DNA from: Phormidesmis sp.
Lineage (GTDB): Bacteria; Cyanobacteriota; Cyanobacteriia; Leptolyngbyales; Leptolyngbyaceae
Assembly (NCBI GenBank): GCA_965248535.1
Contig: CBDFJR010000002.1
Location: 2,304,001 to 2,368,000 of the forward strand
DNA length: 64,000 bases
Reading direction: 5' to 3'
Shown: positions 62,631 through 64,000 of the stretch, piece by piece
How the letters are laid out: each line of letters opens with the position of its first letter
Position numbering within the stretch: position 1 is the first letter of the stretch
Notes under the pieces: model-generated
Told to the model about the DNA's origin: nothing
Databases searched by the model: none
The model's input: the letters and a program-made list of their open reading frames with translations, nothing else
Position numbers and translations under genes: made by a program

Positions 62631-63755
62631 GTGCATTACGACCTGGTTATCGCTGCTGTAGGCGGCAGTGATTTTGTTGGTGATAGTCTACGTTCAAGCA
62701 AAGATATTTCCGCAGCATGGCAGCAAAACTGGCAAATCATCTTTGAAAAACCGAGTGGCTTGTATCAAAGCCTCAATTACTTTGCCACTTTAATTGCGGT
62801 AGGTGCCTTTTTGTTTTTTGTGGTGGTTTGGACACGAGAGATGATTACAACGGGACTTCTACCTTCTTTAGATCGCCTCATGTGGGTCATTTTGGTCATG
62901 CTGCTGCTGTGGCAGAACGGATTTTGGCTATCCAAGTTAACGCTTGGAATTCACAAGATGATTGAGGGAGAGTCACAGAAAATCTTGAGTATCCAGATGG
63001 GTGAACTCAAAATGGGCGATGCCTTGCAGGATGTCGTATTAACGGCTGATGCTAAAAACACGATCCGCGCTTTGTATGGAGAATGTCAATCGAAAACAGG
63101 ACAGGCGCAAATTGATTGCTTCAACAAAGCAACGGATCAGGCACAAGTGATCATTGATCAGTATGAGAAAGGTTGGGGTAAAGGAACGCTAAATGGGCTT
63201 CGCCGCTGGTTCGATAGTGTCGTCAAAATTCGTGAGGATCTAAAGAAAAAAGCAGGAGAACCGGAAGCTGTTGCTAACGCCGACCCGTTTGTTTTGCTCC
63301 ATGCTGGCATTATTGCAACAACTGACACCGCTCAACAGGCTGCTGCACGACAAACGCTCAAGGGTTGGCAGTGGGCGTTCGCGAATCTGATTGAGGCATC
63401 TCTGCTGTTGACTGCCCTGACCGGACCTGTCGCGATCGCTGGGTCACTTCTCCCGATCGGGACTCGTCCCATTTGGGCATGGCTTACGGGACTGTTCTCC
63501 TTGGGCATGGCAAAAATCTACTACAACATCGTGGTCGGCTTAATCGCAACTGTGATCGTGAATGCTCAAGCTCAGAATGAGAGCGATTTTGGTTTTGTTG
63601 TACTGTTATCAATTCTCGCGCCTGTGCTGTCTGTGGCGCTTGCAGCAGGTGGCGGATTAGCGGTTTACCGCGGACTGAGCAACGGAGTCATCCAAATCAT
63701 TTCGACCGGGTGGCAAGTCGCTCGACAAGCCGCTGGAATTGCACTCAAGCTTTGA
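62631..63755 (+). CDS. VirB6/TrbL-like polytopic membrane protein
   Basis: LLLTALTGPVAIAGSLLP, APVLSVALAAGGGLAV. Confidence 0.65.
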   Translation: MHYDLVIAAVGGSDFVGDSLRSSKDISAAWQQNWQIIFEKPSGLYQSLNYFATLIAVGAFLFFVVVWTREMITTGLLPSLDRLMWVILVMLLLWQNGFWLSKLTLGIHKMIEGESQKILSIQMGELKMGDALQDVVLTADAKNTIRALYGECQSKTGQAQIDCFNKATDQAQVIIDQYEKGWGKGTLNGLRRWFDSVVKIREDLKKKAGEPEAVANADPFVLLHAGIIATTDTAQQAAARQTLKGWQWAFANLIEASLLLTALTGPVAIAGSLLPIGTRPIWAWLTGLFSLGMAKIYYNIVVGLIATVIVNAQAQNESDFGFVVLLSILAPVLSVALAAGGGLAVYRGLSNGVIQIISTGWQVARQAAGIALKL

Positions 63756-63770
63756 TCATGAGGACAATGT

Positions 63771-64000
63771 ATGCAGATTTCTGAATTACGGCGACGGCTG
63801 AAGCGGTTGCCTGTTGACGAAAGTGATATTTTACCGATCGCGTTTGTTGGGTTGGTATTTGGAGAAGTGATTTTGGCGATCGGGTTAGTTTGGGTGGGTC
63901 ATTCTGTGGCTCAAATTGCAAATAAACCTGCTCCAACTTTAGTGCAGCGAGTGGATGGGCAAGCCTTTGCAGTTCGGGCTGCCGATCGTGAGTATCGAGA
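63771..64000 (+). CDS. VirB8-like bitopic protein, truncated by window edge
   Basis: Open to the edge: MQISELRRRL...TM...ANKPAPTLVQRVDGQAFAV. Confidence 0.6.
   Translation, partial: MQISELRRRLKRLPVDESDILPIAFVGLVFGEVILAIGLVWVGHSVAQIANKPAPTLVQRVDGQAFAVRAADREYR

Larger units (their letters stand above)
55258..64000. mobile_element. One end of a putative integrative conjugative element inserted at tRNA-Phe
   Basis: tRNA 3' fragment at the boundary, followed by cargo, a pseudogene and a T4SS operon. Confidence 0.65.

Overview
Chromosomal window from a cyanobacterium, probably filamentous and Leptolyngbya-like; this is inferred from dense HIP1 GCGATCGC octamers, NdhD, NblB and an ARTO-type oxidase. 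It holds ordinary core genes (tRNA-Ser, putA, gloB, glycosyltransferases, ahcY, a PilT-family ATPase, ndhD, nblB) and several accessory blocks. (i) Two IS200/IS605 TnpB loci; one is a full-length element with IS608-type ends that inserted into the last codon of a gene without changing the protein. (ii) A DUF2231 x2-ctaCDE(CuA-less)-NDH-2 respiratory operon. (iii) A cassette-like 34-40.4 kb region: a frameshifted P-loop/TPR gene, a MITE, two toxin-antitoxin pairs each preceded by the same 70-bp element, and an uncharacterised 162-aa helical protein followed by 13 in-phase 21-nt degenerate repeats that are closed in all six frames. That protein-plus-array locus is my top candidate for an undescribed system. 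(iv) A decayed integrative element at about 51.3-55.2 kb with RelE and HicAB pairs, an XRE gene with three operators and an internally deleted integrase, ending at a tRNA-Phe 3' fragment (att site). (v) The start of a cyanobacterial-type conjugative T4SS (VirB2/3/4/5/6/8-like) that runs off the right edge. Several frameshifts may be assembly errors. All calls come from motif recognition; no searches were run.
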